DNA of 63,744 nucleotides, filler included, from Reclinomonas americana ATCC 50394 (GCA_048213135.1; 9 parts of 5 records of this genome joined end to end with filler, not necessarily neighbours in it), one strand, 5' to 3'; shown: positions 15,770 through 38,266, counted from the first letter of the whole stretch. Program-made: numbers and translations. The notes: generated by a model not told the origin, from the sequence alone.

Positions 15770-17445
15770 TCACCTGCTCGCATCACCACCACCGCTGCCA
15801 GACGCCGGTTCATCGGCCGGTGGTGGTGGTGCTTGCTTGGCCGCCGCACTGGCGGGCAGCAGGGGTGAAAAGTCAACGTCCAGGCAAAAGATTTTCGGCC
15901 ACAGCTTGCCGGTGGCCAGCAGATTGCAGCCGCGCAGCTCCTCCGGCTTCTCCTCGTCGGGCACGTCACCGATCCAGGCCAATCCGTTGAGACAGTTCTC
16001 GCGGCGCAGCGTGACGCCGTCAACGGGGTGCTTGCCTACTGCCGTCATGGTGGTGAGTTCGCGTCGAATGCTGTCGGTCAGCTCGGCCATGTCGATCACG
16101 GCCGGCACGCGGCCTGTGGTCGGGTCAATCACAAAAATGGTGGTGTCGTGCCACCGATTGGCCAGCAGCTTGTTGACGGGTGGCGGCACATACTGCAGCT
16201 CGTTGATGCTGGTCAGCGGGAGACCGTCAAACACCACCGGCAGCGGAATGGTGTGCTCCTGCAACGAATCAATCGGCTGCAGGCGACGAATGTCGGGCGT
16301 GCCGTCGCTCATGTAGAGGATGTTGCCGTCGGTGGTGAGGCCCCACACTTCGCGGAACTGATGCTTCAACTGCCGCTTGTCTTCCAGCGTCTCCGCATCG
16401 GTCTGGATCAGCAAGTGTCCGAGCCACGAGAACTGCCATATGTCGTCGCCGACAGGCGCAATACCCTCGCCAAACTCGCCCTCCGGCATGCGTCTCGACT
16501 GCAGCACTTCGCCGGTGGCCGGATCCACGACACGCAGCTGGCTGCCGGCACCAATGGCACCCAGACTTTCGTACAGCTTGCCCTTGTGCCACACCAGACT
16601 ACGCGTGGTGGTGGAGGTAGATGGAGAGTGAACACGCAGCAGACGGCGAGAGAAAAGAGTGGCAAGACGCAACCCCTGAGTGAAAGCGGCAGGATCGTGT
16701 GGAAGTGTCCGGACGAGTCGCGTGTTCAGAATGCGAAGGGGTTCCTGCTGCACGACACAACCGAAACGAGGGAGGGAGAAGAGAGGGGAGGGAGGGGAGG
16801 GGGAGAACACAGAGTGTGAATACACACACCGCAGCAAAAAAAAAATCCATTGTGGTTTTTCTTGGTTTTGGTTCTTTCAACCCTTGTGTTTTTTTTACTA
16901 CGCTTATCTAACGAGCCACAGAAGAAGCACGGATCCCACACAAGCAAGACAAGACGATGAAACAGGATAGACACATATATCTGTTCGTGCTCACTCGTGG
17001 AGTGCCAACAACGCCCACAACATCAAACCAACCCACCACACTCACAACCCCATTACTTTTCACACCTTGATCTCTGGTGGAGGCACCGGAGGCGCCGCCG
17101 CGGCACGCGATGCAGCCGCCGCCGACATGACCGCAGCCGCACCAGCATCCGCACTGCCGCCCGTGACCAACACGTACACGACGGCCACCAACAGCAAGCA
17201 AATCACACCAAACACCTGCATGATGTGCACAGAAGAGACACAGACGACGAAGAACAGCGTTCAGCGCAACTGCCAACTCGACATGTCCTCTTCTTCTTCC
17301 TCCTCCTCTGCATCATCCTCCGCCTCCTCTTCTCGCTGCACCAAATGAGAATAAAGGGGGAACATGATGGGCAAGAGATGGAGATGAGAAGAGAGGGGGG
17401 ATGGAGGGAGGGAGAGAGAGAGGGGAGGGAGGAGGAGGAGAGAAG

Positions 17446-17479
<34 letters not shown>

Positions 17480-17797
17480 GAGGAGAGAGAGAGGACGAGA
17501 GAGANNNNNNNNNNNNNNNNNNNNNNNNNNNNNNNNNNNNNNNNNNNNTTAATTAATTAANNNNNNNNNNNNNNNNNNNNNNNNNNNNNNNNNNNNNNNN
17601 NNNNCTCTCTCCTCTCTCCTTCTCTCTCTCTTCCCTCTCCTCCCTCTCTCAGCCTTCTCCCTCTACTCACTCACCGCAAAGATGGCCGTGCTGTGCTTCT
17701 CCACAATCCGCATGGCATTATCCATCGACAGTGGTCCCACACTTCCACCACCAGTGCTCGTAAACCGCGGACGCCGTCGCGAGGGCTTCGGAGGCAT
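15770..17797 (-). CDS. Glutaminyl-peptide cyclotransferase, plant/bacterial beta-propeller type; probable type II membrane anchor
   Basis: PHDPAAFTQGL..LYES.G..FGEGI..WGLTTDG..LYMSDGT..INELQY..NCLNGLAW..TGKLWP; upstream exons give a basic stretch plus TM VFGVICLLLVAVVYVLV; the 5' exon joining across the linker gap is inferred. Confidence 0.8.
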
Positions 17798-18014
17798 AAC
17801 TACAAAGAGACAAGAGACAAGAGAGAGAAGGAAAAGAGAGAGAAGAAGAGTGAGAGAGGGCCATGGCAATGCCATCACACAAACACAAACAAACGCACAG
17901 CACGGCGAGAAAGCAAGACAGAGAGTAGGGTGTGTTGCGAGAGGAGAGTGGATCGTGTGCGCGCTCACCTCTTGCTTGTGCGAAACAAACGGCCACAAAC
18001 GAAATTGTGACAAA

Positions 18015-18320
18015 TTGCGCGCGAAGAAATGGCGCGAAAAGTTACACAACACAAAAAAGGCTCTGATGCGCATTGCAGCAAAGCCTCAAAGTGCGTACGT
18101 GCGTGTCTGCTTGTGTAGTACCTCCTAACCTGCCAACACAAACGACATTACGACAATTTGGCGCGAATTCGAAATCCTGTGCTCTAGCAAGGAATGGCGT
18201 AAAAAGCACCTGTGCGCGTTGCAGCGAAGCCTCCCAGTCCGTGCGTACGATCTGCTTGCGTGCATTCCCACCTGCCAACACAAACGAAATTGCGGCAAAT
18301 TTGAAAAAGCGCGCGAAAAC
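18015..18320. promoter_or_regulatory. Cluster of E2F-like (TTTCGCGC / GCGCGAAA) motifs in a divergent promoter
   Basis: ggcgcgaaaa 18031, ggcgcgaatt 18160, gcgcgcgaaaa 18309, between the divergent QC and SUN genes. Confidence 0.45.
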
Positions 18321-18557
18321 TCACACTACTCTGACATCGACGCAAGCAACACGTGTGCAGCAAACGATCAGCGTGTGTGTTGGATACGTAGCGTGCAATG
18401 TCGGTGAACCCGCGCGTTACGCGTGCGCAATCAAGGTGCGTGCGTGCGTCTCTTTATGTGTGAATGAGGGTCCCTCGCGCTCTCTCTTTGTGTACGTTTG
18501 TGTGTGTGTGCGTGTCGATGGCATGCTCACTGCGATGAGCGTGCATCACTGTGTGCA

Positions 18558-24913
<6,356 letters not shown>

Positions 24914-25081
24914 AAGGAGAGGTATAAAGAGAAAGAGGGGCAGAGGGGAGGGACCGAGGGAAAGGGGAAAATTGCTGATGTGCAGGCAAACATGCTGTTC
25001 ATGTGACTCGTTTGATTTCTGTCCGAGTCAGGAATAATATCGGCGCAGCGCGCCGTCGGATTGCGAGCTTAGCGTTGGTTC

Positions 25082-27900
25082 TCACGGTTCATCCGCTGCT
25101 GCGCTGATGCTGCCGTACGTCCATCTCACCAACGGCACTCTTTCTGCTTGATAAAAATTAGTCCAATTGACATCACACGCGACTACCACATTACTCACCT
25201 GATTGGTAGATTTCCACTGCGACCTGAGGCAGCGGTTGTGGATTCGACAACACGTCGATGGCATCGATCTGTGGGGAAAACACCGATCGAATGCACGGCG
25301 TGGCAATGGCCACAGCACAGCAGCACTTGAAAAGAGTGCCGACGGCGTCATAGAGAGCCACGTCCAGACTCTGCTGCGCACTGGCCTCTAGAATGGCCAC
25401 AGCGGTCAGCAAGGCGATTACTGTTGCAAATGACAGTCCCGACAGGATCCACACTGTCCATCGGCCGGTGCTTCCGGGGCTAACTCTCAACTTGACCTCG
25501 AAACTCACTACAGTCACAGTAATTTCCGTTGCGGACAGCATGAACACACCAACCGTCAACAACGTTGTGCGCGTTTCCAATACAGGGTGGTCAAGAAAGC
25601 TGTAATATGGGTACAGAAGAATGATCCACACACAGAAGAGGTACCAGAAATTGACTGCGCAGAGACGCAGAGTCACAGAGTCAGAATTCGGCAACGTTGG
25701 TCAAGGTTGGCCACCGACACTGCGTAACTCAGAATGCGCCGAATCCCAGAATCAAGAAGTCTTGCATATCGCTCCAAACTTCGAAATTCAAAGCCAGTGA
25801 ATGTCAACGCGCCGAGGAGAAACAGATATGTGACCTGCGCAATTCTCTCTCTGTCTTGCATCGCGCTTGGGGTATGCGACACAGCAGAGAACAAGAGCTG
25901 CACCGCCACGACAGCGAAGGGCACTTCTGTGACCGCTAACAGGAGAGCCAGCAGCAGAAACACGCCTCCGTACTTGCATGACTCCAGACACAAGCGAATG
26001 CAGTTCCAACCACACAGATCGCGACAGGCCTCAAGGCACTCAGTGCACGACATCGTCTTGAATCCTCTGCAGGTTGACGGCGGCGATAAAATCACATGTC
26101 AGCGACGAAAGAAACGCATACACACGTACTGAACTAACACAACAAGCGCTAATTCACCTTACCCACGCCGTATAAGGAATGAATAGCACAGTGGTTCCAG
26201 CAGCCAGTCCAAAAACCGATAGCCAGAACGTCACAGTAGAGTAGGCAACATACGCTGAATAGTTGCACGATCTACCACTAAACACAGTCCACGTTCCGCT
26301 GTCGCACTGAAACAAAGCCGGGTGCTTTCCGTTTGACGAGAATGAACACGTCCCTGATCCGTCACTTGCTGTTGAAGCACACCAACCACACGGTCCAAAG
26401 GGAGAACAACCGTCCTCCGCTGCAGCTCTGCAATCAGCTGCAGAGGTCGGTGCCGAACAGTTCAAGCTCCAATCTGGAAACACCATTGATGTAGTAAACC
26501 ACATGCCGAGTCCAACTGCGAGAGCAAGTCCGGCACCAACGCCAACAATTAACAACACGGTTGACGCATCGCAACCCCAAAAGCATGAATCACAATCAAA
26601 GGGATCATTGATCGCGGGGCCAACCAGATCCAGCACCCGCACCCGGGCTCTCTCATCCAAGTGGCCTGCTCGCGTGCGCCATCAGGGCGAGTTTGCATGG
26701 AAAGGCAAAGTAGAGAGATACAAACATCATCACCTTCTCGAGCGTCATTCAGCAAGTTGAATATCTGCTGCTGCGCAGCGTCGCTGAGTCTCAGCTGCGC
26801 TACAAGCTCATGCAGACGACCGTGGCCGTCCTCCTCCCCGAGCATGGTTCGCAGATATCCGCGTGACAAATCACGTGCGTTGTGTATAACATGATTCCGA
26901 ATGTCGCGGAGTTCCGTCACAGCTGACAGCTGCACAACTTGTGTCAGTCCAACACCAACAAAACCGCCAGGCGCGCACGAAGCGGTGCGCACCTGTGCGT
27001 CGTCGTCCATCACACGGAGAACAGCTCCATCGGCACCCACATGCGCTCCGTGGATGATAATCGATGAGCATGCCGTGATGTCCAGGAAGTCGGGAAGTGT
27101 GCTCATTCGATCGCGCGAGTGCCAGTTCCTCAACGAAGCCCTTGCCTCTTCTTGGTCAATGAATGCGCCACTGCCACCAACGAGGGATCTGGCGCACACG
27201 AATCAGACATCAACAAGCACGCACACACAAACGCGCAATCACACACACATACATACACATTCTCTCTCTCTCTTCTCTCGTCTCCACTCCTCCTCTCCTC
27301 TCCTCTCCTCTCCTCTCCTCTCCTCTCCTCTCCTCTCCTCTCCTCTCTCGACTCCCATCGTTCATCCATGCATTCCACTGTCTTCCCAACACATGAACAC
27401 ACCGGCGATCACGATCTCGCGATCGAAGAGGTTTGCACCATTCCTCGATGACGTCGACCCCAGCAACCGCTGGATTGGCAAGGAACCTGGGTACCAGCTC
27501 CAGCACCTTATGTTGTAGGGCTTCCGTCACCGGTCCATGAACGGCAACGAGAATGCGAATCGCATGAATACTGCGTGGATAGTGTGCGTCAGGCGTCACT
27601 GCTCTTGCAACATACACAATGCCTGTGCTGTTGCGCAACGGCACTGGCACCGATAGCTCCCGATTGCGCCCGTACATCTCTCCAGTGAGTTGTCCTGTTG
27701 CCTGTTGCACTCAGGTCCATGTCTCATTTGCACTCGCACACAGAGATAAAACGTTGACAGTGAGAGGTAGCGACTTAGATCCGCGGCTTTGCCAGCGTCC
27801 CGAAACACTTTCTGATGTCGACGTCAACGTCGGCTCAAGGTTGCACGAAGTTGCTGTATTCCCGAAGGTTTGGAAGTGCTCAGTCACGGATCGGCACCAT
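25082..27900 (-). CDS. Unknown multi-pass membrane protein with a Cys-rich (PSI-like, CGWC) loop; apparent 1-nt frameshift near 25700; start uncertain
   Basis: Minus-strand ORFs 27210-27710, 26549-27199, 26154-26660, 25673-26095 and 25191-25694 can be joined through GT-AG introns; many hydrophobic helices. Confidence 0.55.
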
Positions 27901-28026
27901 CCGGTGAAGGATGTGGACAGGAGTCAGCAACGCAGGCAACTCGGCAGCAAAGCGCAGTTGTCTTCTCGTCCCACCCATTTGTCCACGCATATCCACACAC
28001 GTAACACAGGTCGACAACTGATCGCA

Positions 28027-28204
28027 ATGGCAGACGGAGAAGGCAGCGGAGCGGGAGGCGCAGGACGCGTCCAATGGAGAGACGAGGCCGAGCGAGTGGC
28101 ACAGGAGTTCCGCCAAGTGAGTTTTACACACACTGACTCACACTCACACATGAAGAAGCGCACTTGCACTCAGCATCCTCACCAAGAGAGAATCACTTGC
28201 TGTG

Positions 28205-28238
<34 letters not shown>

Positions 28239-29907
28239 CCTGTTGAAAGTGCTGTTGTGGCCATTTCCGTCACTCACACTTCCTCACACTCACACACCAA
28301 GGCAAACCCCAATGCGCCAATGGTCAAGCTGCAAAGCCAAGAAGGTGCGTGTCAAACAGAGAGAGACAGTCAGGAAAAGATAAACATATCTTCTCTGTTT
28401 GTTTGTCTGTGTGNNNNNNNNNNNNNNNNNNNNNNNNNNNNNNNNNNNNNNNNNNNNNNNNNNNNNNNNNNNNNNNNNNNNNNNNNNNNNNNNNNNNNNN
28501 NNNNNNNNNNNNNNNNNNNNNNNNNNNNNNNNNNNNNNNNNNNNNNNNNNNNNNNNNNNNNNNNNNNNNNNNNNNNNNNNNNNNNNNNNNNNNNNNNNNN
28601 NNNNNNNNNNNNNNNNNNNNNNNNNNNNNNNNNNNNNNNNNNNNNNNNNNNNNNNNNNNNNNNNNNNNNNNNNNNNNNNNNNNNNNNNNNNNNNNNNNNN
28701 NNNNNNNNNNNNNNNNNNNNNNNNNNNGTGTGTGTGTTGTGCAGTCGATTGTGCCGCTGCCGAATGTGGAGACGGCCATTCTGCGCTTGGTGGTGCTGTT
28801 CATGACGTATCACCACAGGTTCCCAATGCCGGTGCGTGATCAGAGGAGAGAGAGAGAAGAGGGAGAGAGAATGGATGGCGGGTTGCTGGTTGCCTGGATT
28901 CTAAGGCGCCTTGTGGGATGCCAGCCGCTGCTCTTGTGAAGCCTTTCAAGGAGCGTTGTTGTCTCTGTCACTCAGGAACCTCGTTGTCTGTCTCGCAAGG
29001 AGCCTCGTTTTCTTTCTCGCAAGGCCTCTTTGGCTGTCTCACTCAGGAGCCTCGTTGTCTGTCTCGCAAGGGCTCTTTGACTGTCTCACGCAGGAGCCTC
29101 GTTGTCTTTCTCGCAAGGCCTCTTTGGCTGCCTCTCCCTCTTTGGCTGTCACGTTCTCCCTCTTTGGCTGTCTCGTTCTCCCTCTCTTCGCCTCGTCAGA
29201 ATCCTCTTCCCGTATCCGGTCTCTCGTTCACACTCGCTCTTTTCTCAGCTCGTCATGAAACCCCTGTTGTCTGTGCCTTCCTTCTTTTCTCGTCGCTTCG
29301 GATTGCCTTCCTTGTACTCAGCACAAGAAGCATTGTTGTGTTCATGTCCGTCTGTCCACGTTTTGCAAGAAACTTGATTGTCACAAAGCGTGCGCTCCTC
29401 GCTTTCTGCGTCTCGCAATGCATTCTTCCCTGCCGTCGTCAGTTCTCTTTTCCTGTTCCATTGTTCTCGTCTCGCTGTCCCTGCCTTGAAAACGTCGTCA
29501 GTGCTCTTTTGTTCATTCATCCTTCCCGGTGCCCTCACACCCTCTTCCTCCCTACCACCACCGCAGGAAATCGAACGACCCCTGAAGAAGAGCATTGAGC
29601 AAATACTTGAGCCGTTCGACCTGGCCTTCCTGCAGGTGGACTCGATGACCCTCTTCAAGCTGGTGCTGGCCGCCAACTACCTCGACTGTGGCGACTTGCT
29701 GGCACTGACCTGCGCCAAGATCGTGTCAATGATCAAGGTCTGTGTGTGTGCGTGTGATTCCCGACGCAGGCAAGTGCTGCTCTCTTACTCGCCACGCTGC
29801 AGGGCAAGACACCGGAGCAAATCAAGGACATTTTCAGCGTGGCGCAGTTCACGGCAGAGGAGGGTGCGGCCATTCGCGAGGAGGGCAGACTCGGCGAGGA
29901 CTCGTGA
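28027..29907 (+). CDS. SKP1: SKP1-like protein (divergent), spans an N-gap
   Basis: MVKLQSQE, IVPLPNVETAILRLV, FDLAFLQVD..TLFKLVLAANYLD..LLALTCAKIVSMIKGKTPEQIKDIF. Confidence 0.88.
28955..29135. repeat. Intronic tandem imperfect repeat
   Basis: caggagcctcgttgtct(g/t)tctcgcaagg recurs about 4 times. Confidence 0.75.
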
Positions 29908-30209
29908 GCGACGATTNNNNNNNNNNNNNNNNNNNNNNNNNNNNNNNNNNNNNNNNNNNNNNNNNNNNNNNNNNNNNNNNNNNNNNNNNNNNNNNNNNNN
30001 NNNNNNNNNNNNNNNNNNNNNNNNNNNNNNNNNNNNNNNNNNNNNNNNNNNNNNNNNNNNNNNNNNNNNNNNNNNNNNNNNNNNNNNNNNNNNNNNNNNN
30101 NNNNNNNNNNNNNNNNNNNNNNNNNNNNNNNNNNNNNNNNGTGGGTGGGTGGGTGGAGTGAAATTCGGATGGATGGATGGTGGTGTCACACTCGCTGCTG
30201 TTGCATTGA

Positions 30210-33138
<2,929 letters not shown>

Positions 33139-34326
33139 CGCAGAATCTGATGATGAGAGCGAATCTTTTTCCACTCAAGTGGATATCGAGGATTGTGGAT
33201 ATTTTTGGGAGATGGCAAGAGCAAAGGTGTATGACTTGCGTACACGCAGCAGCATTCTGTTCTGCTGGTTCCTCTTCAGCTCCTGAGTGCTGACGATCAA
33301 CGTCGACCGCGATCGAATAACAATACCATTTCACGAATTCGAATTCGAACACGATCGAGCTGGCCACGGTGGCCAGGCGCATGATACGGTCTGCTCCCAG
33401 CAACATACACAGGACTGCGAAGGGTGTCGGCATGCTGCGATAATGACTGCAATTGCAACTTCCTTGTTTCGTTCGAGTTTGTTCGATATTCGAAAAAAAC
33501 TGGATCCGCCCGGGCTTCGTGAGCTCCCTCTGCCTTTCCTCCTCGACAGCGTGTTTAGTGAACCATTTGCAGGGCAGCCATCAAATCCGTGATGATCCCG
33601 ACTGCAGTGGCACACAGCAACAAATGCAAACCCATTCGATATTTACTTCGGATCTGCATTGGCTGCGCTGAACTCGTGCTCTCTTCACCTTCAACCCTCA
33701 GTTCTCTTTCCTCTCACTGTGCAGCCACCGGTCAGTGGCTGTCACAGTGTTTGAAATCACTGCTGCGACAACAATGACAACAATAACAACAACAACAACT
33801 GCGCCCACGTGCACCACCAGCCACCACCGATATGAGCCTCACCAACAACATGACAAGCTCTCTTCTGTTTCAGCCCCACCACCAACCAATGTACGACGCC
33901 TCCACTGTTTTCCTTGCTTCTCGGATCCGGCCGCGGACCCGGCTTTGCTCTGTTTTCCCGAATTCGATCTGGCGTGTTCGATCGCAGAAAATGCTTATGT
34001 AAGTGCGTCAAATCCACTGTTCAACCACGCTTATGCGGTGAAGATCGCAGATCTCGACTTGTTCGGAGCTCCGAGAGCGAACGCACACACACACACACAA
34101 GAAACCTGCTGCTGCCTCACGACTGGTGTCTGTGTTGATGTTTTGGATTCGGTTGAACTTGGCAACTGGCCCAGTGAAGCTGCTGCGTCTGTTGCATTTA
34201 CGATCGACACTTCCCAGTCCAACTTCAATTCTTCTCTTTACGATAGCTGTACACAAACACTCTCCCCCCATCCTCCTCCCCTCTTCTCCCCTCTTACCCC
34301 CTTCTCCCCCTCCCCCTTCCCCCTCC

Positions 34327-36092
34327 TCAGTCCATGCGAAACACATCATGCAGCACATCCACCATCCGCGGCGGGTTGCTGAAGCGGCACGCCGGGTGCG
34401 GGCACGCCACAAACAATCCAGCGTTGCCGTTTCCGCCCGCCGCCTGCGCCGCTCGCGCACTCTGCAGGCACGACTGGTAGAAGCACGAGCGGCAAGTCGG
34501 AATGTGTCCGCAGTCGCCAAACCACACCGCCGGCATGTTGACCCTGCACACCAAGCAAGCGTCGGCTACCGACCGCGACTCCTCCTCCGGCATGGCATGT
34601 TCCACATTGGTGCGCAGTAAGCTCTGTGACAGAGGAGGGTGAGCAATAACGCAGACGATTCTTCTTCACCTTCTGCACTCACCAAAAAGTTGTCGTTCCG
34701 GTCGACCGGGTTGTCAAAGTGCTGCGGAGGTGGTGGCGGAGGCGGTGGCTGCTGCTGCTGCTGCTGCGGCTGCTGTTGGCGACGGGGCTGCAAATCGGCG
34801 TCGTCCATGTTGTCCACATCAACAACCGACTGTCGAGAAGACGGTCGCGAGTTGGTCGGTGACCCGCGTCCGGTCACTACGGCCAACGAGTGGAACTGGT
34901 TGGGCGGCGGCGGTCCAGCAACGTGCACTGACGGAGGACGCGGTGGATCCAGGGGCACGTGTGGCGACGGCGGTCGCTCGTGGAAGGGCTCGGGCGCGTG
35001 TGTCTTGGATCCAGAACGCGACACGAGGGCGCACAGCGTGGACAGCAACACACCAGAGACCAGCGGAACAGTGAGCCACGTCAATTGCACCTGCTTCCAC
35101 GAGCCGTCGTGCGCCACAATCACCAGCAGGAACAGCATGCCGAAGAAAGCTCCGTATCCAGTGCTCAGCGCCCACGGACGAGCGGCAGAGTTCACCTGTG
35201 CATTTCAAGTCAGAAAAGACGACAGAGAGACAGACTCGCAGAGCGACGAACGCAACGCGGCTGAGAAGGCGCAGGAGGTTGATGTGCGCCACGGTGAGAC
35301 CAAAGCCGACCACCGCGCCGAGAGTGGCCCACATCGCCCAGGTCAGCGCGGGCACCGGTGTGCGATGCACGAAGCGCTCCACCAGCAACATCGCGACGGC
35401 AATCGCCGCACCGCCGCACGCACCCATGGTCCACACGGAGGACGGAGGGGCGGGCAGCAGTCGTCCGGCGCCCTCGAACTGCACCACGGGTACACTGTCA
35501 AGCACGAACTGGACAACGATGGTGAAACACACCACTCACATGACGAACGATCCACGCCGCCACAATCGCGCCCACGACCACCGCCACGACAGGCCACGCG
35601 CAGGTGGACCAGGGCGCCGGCATCGTCGTCGTCGTCGTTGTTGCCGTCGAGCCACGAGTGGCGTGGAAGAGCGCGCAGATGACGAGCGCGAGTCCGGCGG
35701 CGAAACGCGCTGCCAGCCACGTTTCACTGCTGGCAGTGCCACTCGTCGAGACGGCATTCGAGGCCTTGGCCTTGGCCTCGTCCAGGTTGAACGCCTGTCA
35801 CGCAGAGAGGGAGGGGAGAAGCGTCATGGTACAGCAAGCACAGGGACGGAGGAGAAGCAGCGCAAACCGTCGACGACCGGTTCCACTTGCTCATCAGCCA
35901 CGACAACACCACGCAGGCCATCGCCATGGCCACGACATATCCGATCACCGATGCATGCACCGGCTCCACCTCCGCAGCCAGCGAGTGCGTAAGTCCATCG
36001 CTACATAGCAGCAGTTGATCCGTGCCACACATTCTCAGCTCTCCACGGGTGGAAGCAAATGACGACGATGCCGGAAATGCCATTCCCACCAT
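34327..36092 (-). CDS. Multi-TM protein with a C-terminal C3HC4 RING finger (putative membrane E3 ligase)
   Basis: Several hydrophobic exons, a P/Q-rich linker, then CLVC..CGHIPTCRSC..CPHPAC. Confidence 0.7.
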
Positions 36093-36278
36093 CGTCAGAT
36101 GACAACGAAACCAACCAGCGTGACAGGTTTGTTGCGTGCGCCCCGGCAAAATGGGGCAGGTGCGGATATACACGCACACAGTGAAAAGAGAGAGACTCAC
36201 ATGGCCAGCACACACACAGCGCGCGCGAACTGAAGAGCGTTGGGCGCGAAATTTTCCGATTACGTGTTCGGAAATTCA

Positions 36279-38266
36279 ATGGCCTTTGTGGCGCTGGGTA
36301 TTGACGAGGATCACTCTCTGCGCTCGCACGTGTTCCCGACTCCGCATCCCGAGTGTCCTGCACGACTGCGCGACGCGTGGGAGCATCTGACGCACACCGA
36401 CGTCGATAGCATCGCTGCATGCACGTTGCGTGGTGTTTCCTCCGAGTCTCTGTCTCTCTTGTGCCCCTCTCTCATGTGCCCGATGCAGACGAGTGCCCGT
36501 GACACCATGTACGCGTGATGATCTGCTTCTGGCGCACACCGACGAGTACATTGGCGCTCTGGAGGAGTACATTGCAGGGCGAGGTTGGCTGTCTCTCTCT
36601 CTCGTGTCGCTCGTGCTTCCTTGCTCTCACCAAGTGGCAACAAAGGTCCTTCGCCACTCACTCCCGACACGTTTGCCGTGGCGGACTCGATGGAAGCAGT
36701 GCAGGCGGCCACTGGATGTGCGCTCAGTGTCATTCGCGAGGCCTGCAGACGCAAGGGCCATGGAGTGGCGTTGCTGCGGCCGCCGGGACATCATGCGACT
36801 GCCTCGCGTGGCATGTTGCGCGTGGGCGGGGCGGGTGCAGTTGTGGTGGAGGGCATGAGTGGTGTGCTGACTTGTGCTTCGTCGCAGGGGCTTTTGCTTG
36901 GTGAATCACGTGGCGGTGGCGGCGCGAGTGGCACAGCGCGAGTTGGGCTGTCAGCGAGTGGCGATTGTCGACTGGGATATCCACCATGGGAATGGCACGC
37001 AGGATATCTTTTACGACGATCGCTCGGTGCTGTTTGTGTCCACGCATCGGTCAGACAATCGGTGGTGGTGAGGCGGTTGAGGGAAGAAGGAGCCATGAAT
37101 GCGGTAGTTTGCTCACGCGTAACGTGCGCAGGTATCCGGGCACTGGGCACCACGAGGAGACCGGCGGTGACGAGGCACGCGGCTTCACCGTCAACTGCCC
37201 GCTGCTGCCGGTCAACGAGGAGCTGATGCAGACGCCGGCGTTTGGCGACGCGGACTTCTTCGAGGTTGCGTTCGTTCCTGTTCACGTTGCTTTCCCCTCG
37301 CTCTCTCACTCCCCCGAGTGCAGATATTCGAGCGTCTCGTGCTACCGGTGCTGCGCGACTTCCAGCCCGACTTGGTTCTCTGCTCGGCCGGCTTTGACGC
37401 AGCTGCGGGTGATCCGATTGGCCATCAGCGCGTGTCGGCCGCCGGTTTCGGCGTGCTCACCAGCATGCTGCGGCATTCTCGCACCTGGCCTTCGATCGAT
37501 GCCAGCAATAGCACGCCGGTGCGTTGGTGGCATCCGCGTGTATGTGCGCGCTTGTTCTCACTTGCTGGTCGCAGTTGGTCCTCGTGCTGGAGGGCGGCTA
37601 CTCGGGCGCCATCATTGGTGACTGTGTAGGGCGGTGTCTGGAGGCACTACTCGCCGCCGGCGATGAGTTGCCGCACGCCTGCGCGCTGGAGAATCGCCGA
37701 TGTTGCGTCGGTGTTCATCATGTGTTGCTGGCCAGTCGTCGACACTCATGCACACGCAGGCTCGCCGCTGACGCTGGCGACACTGGCCAAGTGCCACACG
37801 TTCCACGTCCCGTACTGGCGCTCGCTGGAGGCTCACCAGGAGCACGTCGGTTTGTGTGCAGTCGCGAAAGAGTGCCGACCCCGCTCTTCATCTCAAATCC
37901 TCCTCCCCTCCCGCAGCTCGTGAGCTGGCGACTCACACGTGCGACTGGGAAGCCTACTGGCAGTGGGTGGAGCGCACGTTTCCCTCGCTGGCGGGCGACG
38001 ATCTCCTGCACTCGAACCTCTACCAGCACACATCGCTGGCGCAGTACCTGCACAAGGGCGGACTGGTGCACTTGCGCGTCGGTGCCGACTGGGTGAATGC
38101 GGTGATTGTCGATGTGAGTGAGTCCGAATACCGCTGCAAGGTGGACAGGGAGGAGGCGGAGGAAGAGGGTGAGTGGGTGCCACTTCAGCGCTTGTGCAAG
38201 CGGCCATTTGTGATTGGCATGCGTGTCGACATGGCCACCGGAGCGCTGTCATATGTAAAGTCATAG
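36279..38266 (+). CDS. Class II-like histone deacetylase with a C-terminal Tudor/Agenet-like module
   Basis: [61 protein letters not shown]; stop TAG ending at 38266. Confidence 0.9.

Noticed and set aside
25690..25712. Frameshift between two hydrophobic ORFs (programmed frameshift or pseudogene)
   Set aside because: One extra base in a short homopolymer fuses them, which fits a sequencing error; no slippery heptamer is seen
33735..34382. 215-aa plus-strand ORF between the b5 reductase and RING genes
   Set aside because: No recognisable motif, includes microsatellite-derived sequence and overlaps the RING gene end; cannot be supported
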